Assembly (NCBI GenBank): GCA_943369355.1
Contig: CALRMX020000004.1
Location: forward strand, 347,654-379,653
Direction: 5' to 3'
DNA from: Chitinophaga pinensis
GTDB taxonomy: Bacteria; Bacteroidota; Bacteroidia; UBA7662
Length of the DNA stretch: 32,000 nt
The first letter of the stretch is position 1. Every line of letters begins with the position of its first letter. Below, piece after piece: positions 23,209 through 32,000 of the stretch. The notes under the pieces are model-generated. The model ran no database searches, was not told the DNA's origin, and saw only the letters and a program-made list of their open reading frames with translations. Position numbers and translations under genes: made by a program.

Positions 23209-26022
23209 CTAACGAATCAATTGTATTTCTTTTCGAAAGACTTTCCACGTACTTGTTTCGCCTCGGTATTGCAGTACAACGAGGTAGTTTCCTGCCGGAC
23301 AAACTTGACCGTTGACGTTACCATCCCAATAATGTTCAAAATTAGTTGTACTAAAAACTTCTTGGCCCCAACGATTAAATACTTTCAGCTGAAGTTGGTC
23401 GGCACCCAATAAAACATAGGATAGCCTTTCGTTGACGCCATCACCATTGGGAGAAAAGATATTGGGGAAAAGGAGAACTAGCGGCTCATTGACCCGAATC
23501 ACCCGAATAAAACTATCAACACAAGCTGTAAGACTGTCTTGTACTACTAGCTTAATTGCTTTATTCCCTCTACGTTCGAACGAAATTTGAAGGTCTTTGT
23601 CCATGGACACAGTAACACTATTGGTGTCCCATCGATAAGCAGTTGCGTTGACACTGTAGTTTATTCCATTTAGGAGTTCAAATACCTCCAAAGTATCTCT
23701 AGTCAGTGAAAAGTGCGCTTTTAAAGGCCTAAGCGTTAGTTGTATTGGTTGACTTGCAAAAATGCTATCACAAGAACCAAATTGGTACCGAGCAAGTGCT
23801 CTGTACTCTCCTGTTCTGTTTACCAACCTTACGCCCCCTTGGGTTTGTCCGATTGAAGAACCGTTGAAAATCCATTCAACTTGTTGAGGTGGTGGAATAA
23901 CTTGTAAGGCAACTACACTATCTCTACATAAAGATGCATTCGGATGTAATTGTAAACGTGCATCCGGGAATTCGTCTTTTGAAAACCGTATGGTATCGCT
24001 CAGCTGACGACAACCATTTGTATCGATAGCTAAGCAATAATATGATCCAGTATCGGATATACTCAAGCTGGTACCTGAAGATAATACCAAAGCAGAACCT
24101 AAACGGTACCACGAAAAAGATACTAAATTCGAATTCAGCACACGTAAATCAACGGTATGCCCTTCGCAAAAAGAGGTATTGGAAGTGGTGTTGAGACTTA
24201 ATTGGTAAGGAGGAAAATTCCGTACTTCTAGCACATTAGTACTATCGTTAAAGCAAGGTGAGCCTCGGTAACGCAAATAATAACGACCAGGTTGGTGTAT
24301 TCGTAAAAAGGTATCCACGGCATTGGCTATTGGAACGCCATTCCGTATCCATTGGTAGCTCATGCCTAAAATCCTAGGGACCGCTATTAGCAGTGTGTCG
24401 GTGCTACATTTTCTTAAACTATCGGGTAAAACACCTTTCGGATTAACCGCCGAGGCATCACGCACAAAAATAGAATCTACATAAGTTGAGCATCCTGGGA
24501 TGGTCATTTCAACGATATACCAACCTAATCGTGCTGTATTGTACATAAACGGCCTTGGATTTTGCAAAGTATCGTTGAAGCCATTTGGACCTGTCCACCG
24601 ATAATGTGCCTGTGGGTAATACGCAGCGCTAAGTTTTACGGAATCACCCATACAAATTGGACTATTCACATCAATACCCGTGGCAAATTCGCTGAAGTTC
24701 GAAAAATAAGCGTACCTCGCTTGCGAATTGGTACCACCGTGTAATACCGCCATTTGAAATACATCGCTAGTGTTGCGAACCAGTAGAGCATTATTTGCCG
24801 CCAATATTGAATTTGGAACTAAATAGCGTGCAACTAGCCAATTATTGCCGCCTCCAGTAACTGGCAAAAAAGTTGAAGCTGGAATTAAGTTTGGTACTCC
24901 ATTCAAAAGAAAGTTTGTTTCACCACCACGATTAACTGTTAAAAGAATTATGAGCGTATCGGTTCCTGAACGAACAACACCCACTTCGGGTGAACCTGTA
25001 CAATACACAGGTGGGAGCTGCGCAGCTCCCATTTGGCAACCAATACCCGATACATGAAATACTGATATGGGCTCGTTTGCTGAGATAAATACATTTGGAC
25101 TATCTAGTGCGAAAGTAAAGGTGGACCCTGCCTGTGGTAATGTAACAAACGGTGTTGAATTAGCGCGCAAGTAAACACTTGTGTTAGGGGCGGTAGTTGT
25201 AATACTAATCAACTCACCCAGAGCCGATAATCCTCCATTCACAGCAATATAACCTCTTCCTAGATTCTCAATTGGTAATATTTGATCACCAATAAGCTCT
25301 AGGCAACCAGTACCAAATCCGATAGCATCTTGTTTAACAGTTATCGCTATTGGATGATTACTCGAAACATAACTTCCAGCCGGAATCTGTGCTCCAACGG
25401 TAGTATCCGAAACAACGCTGTAGGTTTGCCCTTCATGAAGTAAAACTTGAAACGGAACCCCTGCTGCATGACCCAACACATTTACTGAGGGAGTGATTGA
25501 AACCAAGGTACTATCGCGTGTAGCTACTATGTCGAAAGAAGAATTTGCTCCAAGTATAGCTGCTCGGTCGGGATAAAAGAGATTTTGCATGGGTATTCGG
25601 AATGCTGTACCCAAGGCATTTTTACCCTTTAAGCTGAATATTTCCGCATTACACCCACAACTACCTCCCCCAACTTCCCAATAAGCATTTATTCTCTTGT
25701 CGGACCAGACGTATATGCCCCATCTCTGAATCTGATTAGGCACTTTTAATTCCAAAGAGTCAATAAACGGAGTCAAATCAATGGTCACCGTTTGGTTTGG
25801 CGCTATACTTCTTACAATGGAAGTAAACCAGTTTACCCCCGGCACCCTTACGTGTACAAAGGCACCTTGAGCATGAGCGGTTAAGCGAAGTAAGATGGGT
25901 CTATCCCGTTGATCGGTAGTTTGTTCCACCTCTGGAACAGCAAACCAAAACAAGGTGTCGACCTGTCCATAGGTTTGTGTATAGGAAAAAAAGATGCCTA
26001 AAAGTACAATCCATCTTTTCAT
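23209..26022 (-). CDS. T9SS type-B C-terminal sorting domain (gliding motility-associated CTD) cell-surface protein
   Basis: It has the signal peptide MKRWIVLLGIFFSYTQTYGQ. Internal Ig-like modules include Y.W...G.......PG.Y........C (YRWTGPNG, YQWIRNGV, FSWYRLGS). The C-terminus is FPNIFSPNGDGVNERL...LKVFNRWGQEVF....WDG...G...P.G.Y, the type-B (CHU_C-like) sorting domain. Confidence 0.85.
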   Translation of the reverse strand: MKRWIVLLGIFFSYTQTYGQVDTLFWFAVPEVEQTTDQRDRPILLRLTAHAQGAFVHVRVPGVNWFTSIVRSIAPNQTVTIDLTPFIDSLELKVPNQIQRWGIYVWSDKRINAYWEVGGGSCGCNAEIFSLKGKNALGTAFRIPMQNLFYPDRAAILGANSSFDIVATRDSTLVSITPSVNVLGHAAGVPFQVLLHEGQTYSVVSDTTVGAQIPAGSYVSSNHPIAITVKQDAIGFGTGCLELIGDQILPIENLGRGYIAVNGGLSALGELISITTTAPNTSVYLRANSTPFVTLPQAGSTFTFALDSPNVFISANEPISVFHVSGIGCQMGAAQLPPVYCTGSPEVGVVRSGTDTLIILLTVNRGGETNFLLNGVPNLIPASTFLPVTGGGNNWLVARYLVPNSILAANNALLVRNTSDVFQMAVLHGGTNSQARYAYFSNFSEFATGIDVNSPICMGDSVKLSAAYYPQAHYRWTGPNGFNDTLQNPRPFMYNTARLGWYIVEMTIPGCSTYVDSIFVRDASAVNPKGVLPDSLRKCSTDTLLIAVPRILGMSYQWIRNGVPIANAVDTFLRIHQPGRYYLRYRGSPCFNDSTNVLEVRNFPPYQLSLNTTSNTSFCEGHTVDLRVLNSNLVSFSWYRLGSALVLSSGTSLSISDTGSYYCLAIDTNGCRQLSDTIRFSKDEFPDARLQLHPNASLCRDSVVALQVIPPPQQVEWIFNGSSIGQTQGGVRLVNRTGEYRALARYQFGSCDSIFASQPIQLTLRPLKAHFSLTRDTLEVFELLNGINYSVNATAYRWDTNSVTVSMDKDLQISFERRGNKAIKLVVQDSLTACVDSFIRVIRVNEPLVLLFPNIFSPNGDGVNERLSYVLLGADQLQLKVFNRWGQEVFSTTNFEHYWDGNVNGQVCPAGNYLVVLQYRGETSTWKVFRKEIQLIR

Positions 26023-26110
26023 GCATCTAAACTACATACTAGAGCATTAGAAATGTCATGAAATTAACACAAAACACGTTTAAGGCAATCAAGCTGTGTC
26101 CAAATTCACC

Positions 26111-28090
26111 TTACTTATCCCTTAAAGTCTCCCAAACCACATTCACCCGGCGGTTACGCGATGCAGGAACGCCGAACATCGTTACAGAAGGGCCAGTTCC
26201 CTTTGTTTTCACTTTCCGCTTTTTCCGTTCAAACAAAGGAAAATATTCATCACTAACAATCAGCTGTCCGTTGTCAATATATTTTTTGAGCGCTCCTTGA
26301 TTCCAGTTTACGATGTAGTTTTTTAATACTGCGCCGCGTTTAAGTGCCAATTCCTTATTGAACTTTTCATATACACTCTGCGATGTATAAACACCCATAT
26401 ACACCTTGATCTTTCGTCCGGCTCGGAGAGTAGAATCCAATCGAAACGGGAAAAGCTCCAATTCACGCATTCCACGTTCAATATCAACAAACAAAGCGTC
26501 TAGCTCGGGCTGGCTGCTCGAAGATTTAGCGTAGTATACATGTTTCCCCTTTAAATACCCTTTATAGTAATTAGAATAATCTCTTAAACTATCACGCAAA
26601 TTCATTTCTTTACCCGGCTCACCATTCTGAAAAAACACCGTTAAAAATCCCGAAGTACTTAATACAGGCTTTATTTCTGTCAACTTAAATTTAGCAGTCA
26701 TGATGCCATTAACGGTATCAAAACTAGCCTCCTCATGAATGTCGTAATATCCATTACATCTTATTGACACATTCCACGAGGGATATGGCTTTAGAAAACT
26801 GCCTAAATCCACAATACCACCTATTATATCTACCACAGTTGAATCCCCAGAAATTGAGTTTCTCGCAACTAGATGTATGGTATCCTGCTTGGTTGTAGAA
26901 GTACCTGAGTGTCTATCAACTTCTAATCGAAATGCCATGGGGATTTCTTTGGGTTTTCGAATGAAAGTGTATAAATCGTCATTGAATTTTTCTCCACTTC
27001 TATTTGTGGTATAATAGCCTTTGACAGAATCTGACCATGTAATCCCGAAATCATCATAAACAGAGTTGATTGGCTCAGGTAATAATCTTCTTTCACCGTC
27101 CTTAAATTCTACGATATCTAAACCACCATAATTATCTGCGTCATTGGTTACGTAATAGAGCGTGTTATTTGGTCCTATACTTGGGAAAACTTCATCGTAA
27201 GCAGAATTGATATCACTATTCAGCAACTCAAGGTTTCCCCATCCAGGTTTCAGCCATTTTACACGATATAGGTCAAAACCCCCTAAACCATTGGGCATGT
27301 TGGACGAAAAGTATAAATAATCACCTGATGAATCGAAACACGGATGTTGGGTTGAATATTTTGTCGAGTTAAATATAAATTCTTGCGGTTCTGACCAAAT
27401 CTGATTTACTCTTTGATAAACTTCCAAATAAAGAAGTTGTTCTCCCTTTGCATTCAGCGAACTCCTATTTTTTGTTGTTACCAGTATGCTACTGTCCTTC
27501 GAGATAACCAAAGGCCCCTCGTGTAAGTCAGAACCAAATCCCCTTGGAAACCCAGCTATTGGATAAAATTTACCCAATGTATCTGCGAGATAAAATTTCA
27601 AATATGGAAGACCTGTAAACTCATAAATGGGCACTTTCTTTTTCTTCGATTCAAAACGACTCGATGAAAACAAGATTTTTCCGTCTTTATAAAAAGGCAT
27701 TAAATCTTCTTGAGCTGTATTAAAAGACACCGGATAAACCTGGTATTCCCACTCATTTATTAAAATATATTTATTGTTTATATTTAGAAGTGGCGATTTA
27801 CTTGTTTGTTGAGCACCTGCATTTGAATACCTTTTCTTTTGCACTAGGTTTAAATCGCGTTGGGTTTTATATGCCAGGTCATAATATAAAAAAGCACTAT
27901 CCATTTTATCCATTGAGTAAAATAAATCAGCATAATCCAGAATACTTGATGAATCTCCATTTTGAAGTTGAATTCTGTAAGCAGACAAATCCTTGATCCT
28001 CCTTTTCGGATATTTTAAGTCAGAAGAAGGTTGCGCGTCAACGGATAAAAATAGCGTCAACAGCTGCAGCAATAAACCAATTCTTTTCAT
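26111..28090 (-). CDS. OmpA-family protein with TolB-like/PD40 beta-propeller region (T9SS-cluster-associated)
   Basis: It has the signal peptide MKRIGLLLQLLTLFLSVDAQ. Repeated E..P.fs.DG..lyFsSnr..g.GG.DLY-type segments are present (HPCFDSSGDYLYFSSNMPNGLGGFDLYRV; VFPSIGPNNTLYYVTNDADNYGGLDIVEF). The divergent OmpA-like C-terminus ends SRNRRVNVVW. It sits directly downstream of porP/sprF, as in known type-B cargo clusters. Confidence 0.7.
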   Translation of the reverse strand: MKRIGLLLQLLTLFLSVDAQPSSDLKYPKRRIKDLSAYRIQLQNGDSSSILDYADLFYSMDKMDSAFLYYDLAYKTQRDLNLVQKKRYSNAGAQQTSKSPLLNINNKYILINEWEYQVYPVSFNTAQEDLMPFYKDGKILFSSSRFESKKKKVPIYEFTGLPYLKFYLADTLGKFYPIAGFPRGFGSDLHEGPLVISKDSSILVTTKNRSSLNAKGEQLLYLEVYQRVNQIWSEPQEFIFNSTKYSTQHPCFDSSGDYLYFSSNMPNGLGGFDLYRVKWLKPGWGNLELLNSDINSAYDEVFPSIGPNNTLYYVTNDADNYGGLDIVEFKDGERRLLPEPINSVYDDFGITWSDSVKGYYTTNRSGEKFNDDLYTFIRKPKEIPMAFRLEVDRHSGTSTTKQDTIHLVARNSISGDSTVVDIIGGIVDLGSFLKPYPSWNVSIRCNGYYDIHEEASFDTVNGIMTAKFKLTEIKPVLSTSGFLTVFFQNGEPGKEMNLRDSLRDYSNYYKGYLKGKHVYYAKSSSSQPELDALFVDIERGMRELELFPFRLDSTLRAGRKIKVYMGVYTSQSVYEKFNKELALKRGAVLKNYIVNWNQGALKKYIDNGQLIVSDEYFPLFERKKRKVKTKGTGPSVTMFGVPASRNRRVNVVWETLRDK

Positions 28091-28097
28091 CTCAGGC

Positions 28098-29018
28098 TTA
28101 CATAAAATATCTAGGCGACCGGATGAACGGCCGGAACTTAGATTCCCAATAAAACCTCAATGCGAATTCATGGGTGTGAAGTGACCCTTGTTGGATAGCG
28201 TTAATTGGAAATTCGAATTGATATCCCAAATACCACTTTTCTGAAATTCTATAACCTGTGAGTAGACCAATAGAATTAGATAATCGGAACATCGGCCCAA
28301 AATCATACTTATTTTGATATTTGAATATCGCATGCAAATCCAGTTGAGCCGGATTGCCAATTCCTTTTCTCAACATACAGCTACTCATTAATTCCCAACC
28401 GTCAGCTAATGGAAAAGTAATTCCACCGTAAGCAAACATACTCGTTGGCAATACGGAATAAATTGGCATACCAATATCCACTGTTCTGGTAATAGCTTGT
28501 GGTACCGCCACACCAATAAAAGCCTCTTTTGAGTAAAGCAAGGCTCCAAACCCCAAATTTCCTGCAAAACCAGAAATTAAATTTCCATTCAAATTGGGAT
28601 CGCCATATTCAATATTTCTGAGGTCATCAAAATTTGTTGAAGTATTCGTGCCTTTTACTCTTATTCCCGTAGATAGCGCCCAACCATTCTCAATACGTAA
28701 GGTATAGGATACGTCCATCTGAATTTTCGTTTCAGTAATTGGTCCAACCTTATCCTGATAAATTCCTACAGCGCCACCTAATAAACGGGCTAATTTAAAA
28801 TTCGCAAAAAACGAAGTGGTTACAGGTGCTCCTTCAAATCCAACCCATTGGTTTCGGTGCAAGAAACCTGCTTGATTATCTTCAAAAACTCCTGCTTGCG
28901 CGGGATTTATTATAGTGCTATTAAAGACGTACTGACCAAAAAATGGATCATATTGACCCTCAACGACCATAGTAAATACTGTCCAATTCAAAAAAATTAA
29001 TAACAAATGTCTTTTCAT
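28098..29018 (-). CDS. PorP/SprF family type IX secretion system membrane protein
   Basis: The N-terminus QYDPFFGQYVFNSTIINPAQAG matches the family's Q.DP.fSQY..n....NPA.aG signature. The body has beta-barrel-like character and the length is about 306 aa. Confidence 0.85.
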   Translation of the reverse strand: MKRHLLLIFLNWTVFTMVVEGQYDPFFGQYVFNSTIINPAQAGVFEDNQAGFLHRNQWVGFEGAPVTTSFFANFKLARLLGGAVGIYQDKVGPITETKIQMDVSYTLRIENGWALSTGIRVKGTNTSTNFDDLRNIEYGDPNLNGNLISGFAGNLGFGALLYSKEAFIGVAVPQAITRTVDIGMPIYSVLPTSMFAYGGITFPLADGWELMSSCMLRKGIGNPAQLDLHAIFKYQNKYDFGPMFRLSNSIGLLTGYRISEKWYLGYQFEFPINAIQQGSLHTHEFALRFYWESKFRPFIRSPRYFM

Positions 29019-29033
29019 AATTAAGATTCTTTA

Positions 29034-32000
29034 CTATCTCGATAAATACACGTAACCCGTAAGTGGCCGTAAGCCATCACCCAAATCAACTACGTAGAAA
29101 TATGTTCCATTTATTAATGGTCCATTAAAATTGGTATTAGAAATTCCTTCAAATCGGTTTTCATAAGGCTGTTGTTCAAAAACCAAACTACCAGCTCTGT
29201 TGAATAGGCTAACTTTTGTGTTAGGATACTTTTCTATTCCTCGAATGAAGAAGAAATCATTTATGTTGTCCCCGTTCGGGCTAATACCTTGGGGAATTAG
29301 CACTTCGCATTCGCGCAAATCAACTACCAAGGTATCAATTCGATTACAATAGCCCTCTTGCTCTATTCTCACCGTAATGAAACCGAAACCATCAGGGCCT
29401 AAATCCGGCACTATGAGCATACGACCAGTACCTATAACTTCCAAAGAATCATACCAGGTTACCTGTACAGAATCAGATGCCATTATTTCGATCCGGCTTC
29501 CTTCACATACATCTCGCAAATTAGGAAGGGAGTACTTAACAGCACTCTTTCGTTCTATTTTCGTAATAATTAATGAATCACATCCACCAGCTGCTATTAA
29601 AGTGTCCACATAAGTACCAGGCAAAGTCACCGAGTTTCCATTCGGAAGAATATGGCTTTCTCCTTCACATAGTTGAATCACCAAGGCAATTTCCTTGCGG
29701 CTAGTAACTTCCAAATTGAGTATCACCACAGAATCACAGCCAAACCTATTTATTAAGTCGACATAATAAGTGCCTGATAGACTAAAAGTGCTATCACCCA
29801 CTGAAAACTGTTCACCAAAACATATCACACGATTAAGATGAACCGTGTCAGGTGTATTTACAGTTAATTGCAGAACAACTAGAGAATCGCAGCCAAATTG
29901 GTTATCCAATAAAACACTAAATAGTCCCGAATTGTCAAAACTCTGATTTCCAACCCAAACACTATCACCAAGACAAATTGTTTGAATAAGCCTAGTTGTG
30001 TCTTGCCGAATTTGGTTTATTACTAAGGTCACAACCGAATCACAACCATATATATTTTTCAGGTTGATTGAATACACACCCGGCATGGTAAAACTCTGAT
30101 TTGCAACAACCAAGGTGTCACCCAGACAAATGCCCCTAGACAAGAGAATAGAATCAGTCGGTTGAACAGTTAGATTCAACGTTACAATTGAATCACACCC
30201 CACTACCGATAATAGGCGTACTACATACGTTCCGGAAGAATCGAAAAAATGATGACCAACCTGATATTTCTCACCAGAACAAATGCTTGTTTGTAATTGC
30301 GTTAATATTTGAGGACGAACATCTAAACTCAGCACGACGAATGAATCACAATCGTTAATATTTTTCAATGTTACAGGGTAAACTCCTGCTTGACTAAAGC
30401 CAGTTTGTCCAACAAAAAGAGAATCTCCTTGACATATCTGTGCAAAAACTGAATCTCGATGTACTTGCTTTTGCACAAGCTCTAACACCACGATAGAGTC
30501 ACAGCCTGTTGAATTGGAATAATTAAGTGTGTACGTGCCAGGTGCTCTAAAAACTTGATTGGCCAAATTCAAACTATCTCCGAAACAAATTGATTCATGA
30601 ATAAATAGCGTATCGGGCCCCAATTCCTCTAAAATCAAAAAAATCAAGGAATCACACGCGTTACTTCCCTGTATGCTTATGGGATAAACTCCAGGTTGAG
30701 AATAAAAATTACCAGCAAATTCAATTCTACTTCCTCTACAAACACGCGCAAGTCTACTAATAGTATTGGATTGCGTTGTTTCTACTAGACCATCCAGTTT
30801 AACAAACGTTACAGCCGCTCCTGTAGAGTCGCGTAGGGTGCTCGAATTGTTCCACGATAATATCCCAGAATTGCTCACTATGAACCTTAAGGTCAATAGA
30901 TTACCATCAGTTAAATTGAATGTAGATGTTGAATTCCACCTTATTTCCAAACCATTCGAAGGCATTACCCTTGCAACTTGGGCAAGACCGTGGTTGTTTG
31001 CCAACGAGAAGTCCAAATAAGTAAACGACAGCGAATCATAGTTCAGCAAAAGCTCTAAAGAAGATACATTATTAGCCCCCGTTACTACTACAGGAATTTC
31101 TATTGTATCGCCAATGCAAGGCAATGTAATCCCATACGCCGAGGCAATACTCCTTGCCGAAATCGTTGTGATAGCACTCGGCGCTATTTGGATGCGCATG
31201 GCTGAAGAAGTATCACTCTGCGCACATTCCGCAAATGCTATTGCACGATAAATTGAGCCGTTGAGGGTGATGGGTAGGTTTCGAAGTTGTAGAACATTGT
31301 GATTTGCTCCATGATGTATGCCATCATTTCGCACATTTTGCCAAACCAAACCTGTCCATTGTTGCCATTGAATCTGACGTAGACTACTACCTTGTATAGT
31401 CAAGTTCAACGTACCACCTTGTATAGCAAAATTGACAGCAGGCGATTGAGTTGAAATAACAGGGACAGATGGCGAAGCGGCAGCAATGGTCACCGTGTCT
31501 GAAAAGCGAAAACATCCACTTTGAGAATTAATCCTTAGCTGATAAATTCCGGGTAAGGCAGCATATAACGTTTCTTGTGTTTGGCCATTCATTAATTGGC
31601 CATTTACAAACCATTGATATGCGTTTCCAGCATGATTTGCAATAGAACTTCTCAGCAATACAGAATCGCCCGTACACAATGCAGTATTGCCATTAACGAC
31701 TAATGCGAAAGATGTAGCATCGAAGAATTCAAAGTATGCCGAATCACTTAATGTTAAACAACCTGTTGAATTCGTGTAACCCAATTGATAATATCCTGAT
31801 AATCTAGCCACATAATTCCTGGTATTCGCTCCTTGAATTGCAAGTCCATTTCGGAACCATTGAAAACCACCTGAACCAGATGTGTTTGTAGACAATACGA
31901 CTGAATCAATTCTGCAAATAATACCTGTAGGAGCAGATGATTGAATTATAGGCCTCACTCGTGGAACAACAGTCAGAACCATGTTAATGGTCGAATCACA
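29034..32000 (-). CDS. large T9SS type-B CTD adhesin-like protein (5' end outside the window): Ig-like modules, cohesin-like domain, 8 x 51-aa Cys repeats, type-B sorting domain
   Basis: The reading frame stays open upstream of the track's Met to the window edge (…CDSTIN-MVLTVV…). The C-terminus is LIPQGISPNGDNINDFFFIRGIEKYPNTKVSLFNRAGSLVFE....G.YFYV, a type-B CTD. Confidence 0.85.
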   Translation of the reverse strand, partial: CDSTINMVLTVVPRVRPIIQSSAPTGIICRIDSVVLSTNTSGSGGFQWFRNGLAIQGANTRNYVARLSGYYQLGYTNSTGCLTLSDSAYFEFFDATSFALVVNGNTALCTGDSVLLRSSIANHAGNAYQWFVNGQLMNGQTQETLYAALPGIYQLRINSQSGCFRFSDTVTIAAASPSVPVISTQSPAVNFAIQGGTLNLTIQGSSLRQIQWQQWTGLVWQNVRNDGIHHGANHNVLQLRNLPITLNGSIYRAIAFAECAQSDTSSAMRIQIAPSAITTISARSIASAYGITLPCIGDTIEIPVVVTGANNVSSLELLLNYDSLSFTYLDFSLANNHGLAQVARVMPSNGLEIRWNSTSTFNLTDGNLLTLRFIVSNSGILSWNNSSTLRDSTGAAVTFVKLDGLVETTQSNTISRLARVCRGSRIEFAGNFYSQPGVYPISIQGSNACDSLIFLILEELGPDTLFIHESICFGDSLNLANQVFRAPGTYTLNYSNSTGCDSIVVLELVQKQVHRDSVFAQICQGDSLFVGQTGFSQAGVYPVTLKNINDCDSFVVLSLDVRPQILTQLQTSICSGEKYQVGHHFFDSSGTYVVRLLSVVGCDSIVTLNLTVQPTDSILLSRGICLGDTLVVANQSFTMPGVYSINLKNIYGCDSVVTLVINQIRQDTTRLIQTICLGDSVWVGNQSFDNSGLFSVLLDNQFGCDSLVVLQLTVNTPDTVHLNRVICFGEQFSVGDSTFSLSGTYYVDLINRFGCDSVVILNLEVTSRKEIALVIQLCEGESHILPNGNSVTLPGTYVDTLIAAGGCDSLIITKIERKSAVKYSLPNLRDVCEGSRIEIMASDSVQVTWYDSLEVIGTGRMLIVPDLGPDGFGFITVRIEQEGYCNRIDTLVVDLRECEVLIPQGISPNGDNINDFFFIRGIEKYPNTKVSLFNRAGSLVFEQQPYENRFEGISNTNFNGPLINGTYFYVVDLGDGLRPLTGYVYLSR
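29547..30746 (-). repeat. eight in-frame tandem repeats of exactly 153 bp (51 aa) inside the adhesin gene
   Basis: The leading Cys lies at residues 415, 466, 517, 568, 619, 670, 721 and 772. The repeat consensus is .IC.GDS..V.....F...G.Y...L.N..GCDS.V.L.L.V. Confidence 0.85.

Noticed and set aside
29547-30746. Regular 153-bp periodicity as a possible CRISPR-like or satellite array
   Set aside because: The period is in frame inside a long ORF. The units are diverged at the DNA level and there is no repeat/spacer alternation, so it is a protein-domain array.

Overview
This window looks like a Bacteroidota chromosomal segment. The evidence is T9SS type-B C-terminal sorting domains, a PorP/SprF gene, a GSCFA gene and TAnnTTTG-type -7 promoter boxes. 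About 30 genes are packed tightly.

Left to right:
- 1-198: the N-terminus of a TonB-dependent-receptor-like protein.
- 0.3-5.9 kb: a GC-rich block. It holds an AhpD-like protein, a secreted protein with 34-aa repeats, two LytS-type sensor kinases (the second degenerate), a LytTR response regulator and a pentapeptide-repeat protein.
- 5.9-13 kb: small secreted, TPR and membrane proteins, GSCFA, an ECF sigma factor with a membrane/beta-barrel partner, a PepSY-like lipoprotein and a small OM-like protein.
- 13.0-13.7 kb: a rearranged tRNA-Ser(CGA) locus with two sets of direct repeats and a nested GIY-YIG gene.
- 13.9-18.7 kb, the main finding: a translationally coupled five-gene operon. It encodes a membrane-anchored protein whose cytoplasmic part looks like FliG, an outer-membrane beta-barrel protein, a TPR lipoprotein, MotA and MotB. 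No other flagellar genes are in the window.
- 18.7-23 kb: a DUF418-like membrane protein and a Crp / MBL-rhodanese / TauE sulfur cluster.
- 23.2-32 kb: a T9SS cargo cluster with two type-B CTD adhesins, an OmpA/PD40 protein and PorP/SprF.

All calls come from reading the translations by eye. No database search was run.
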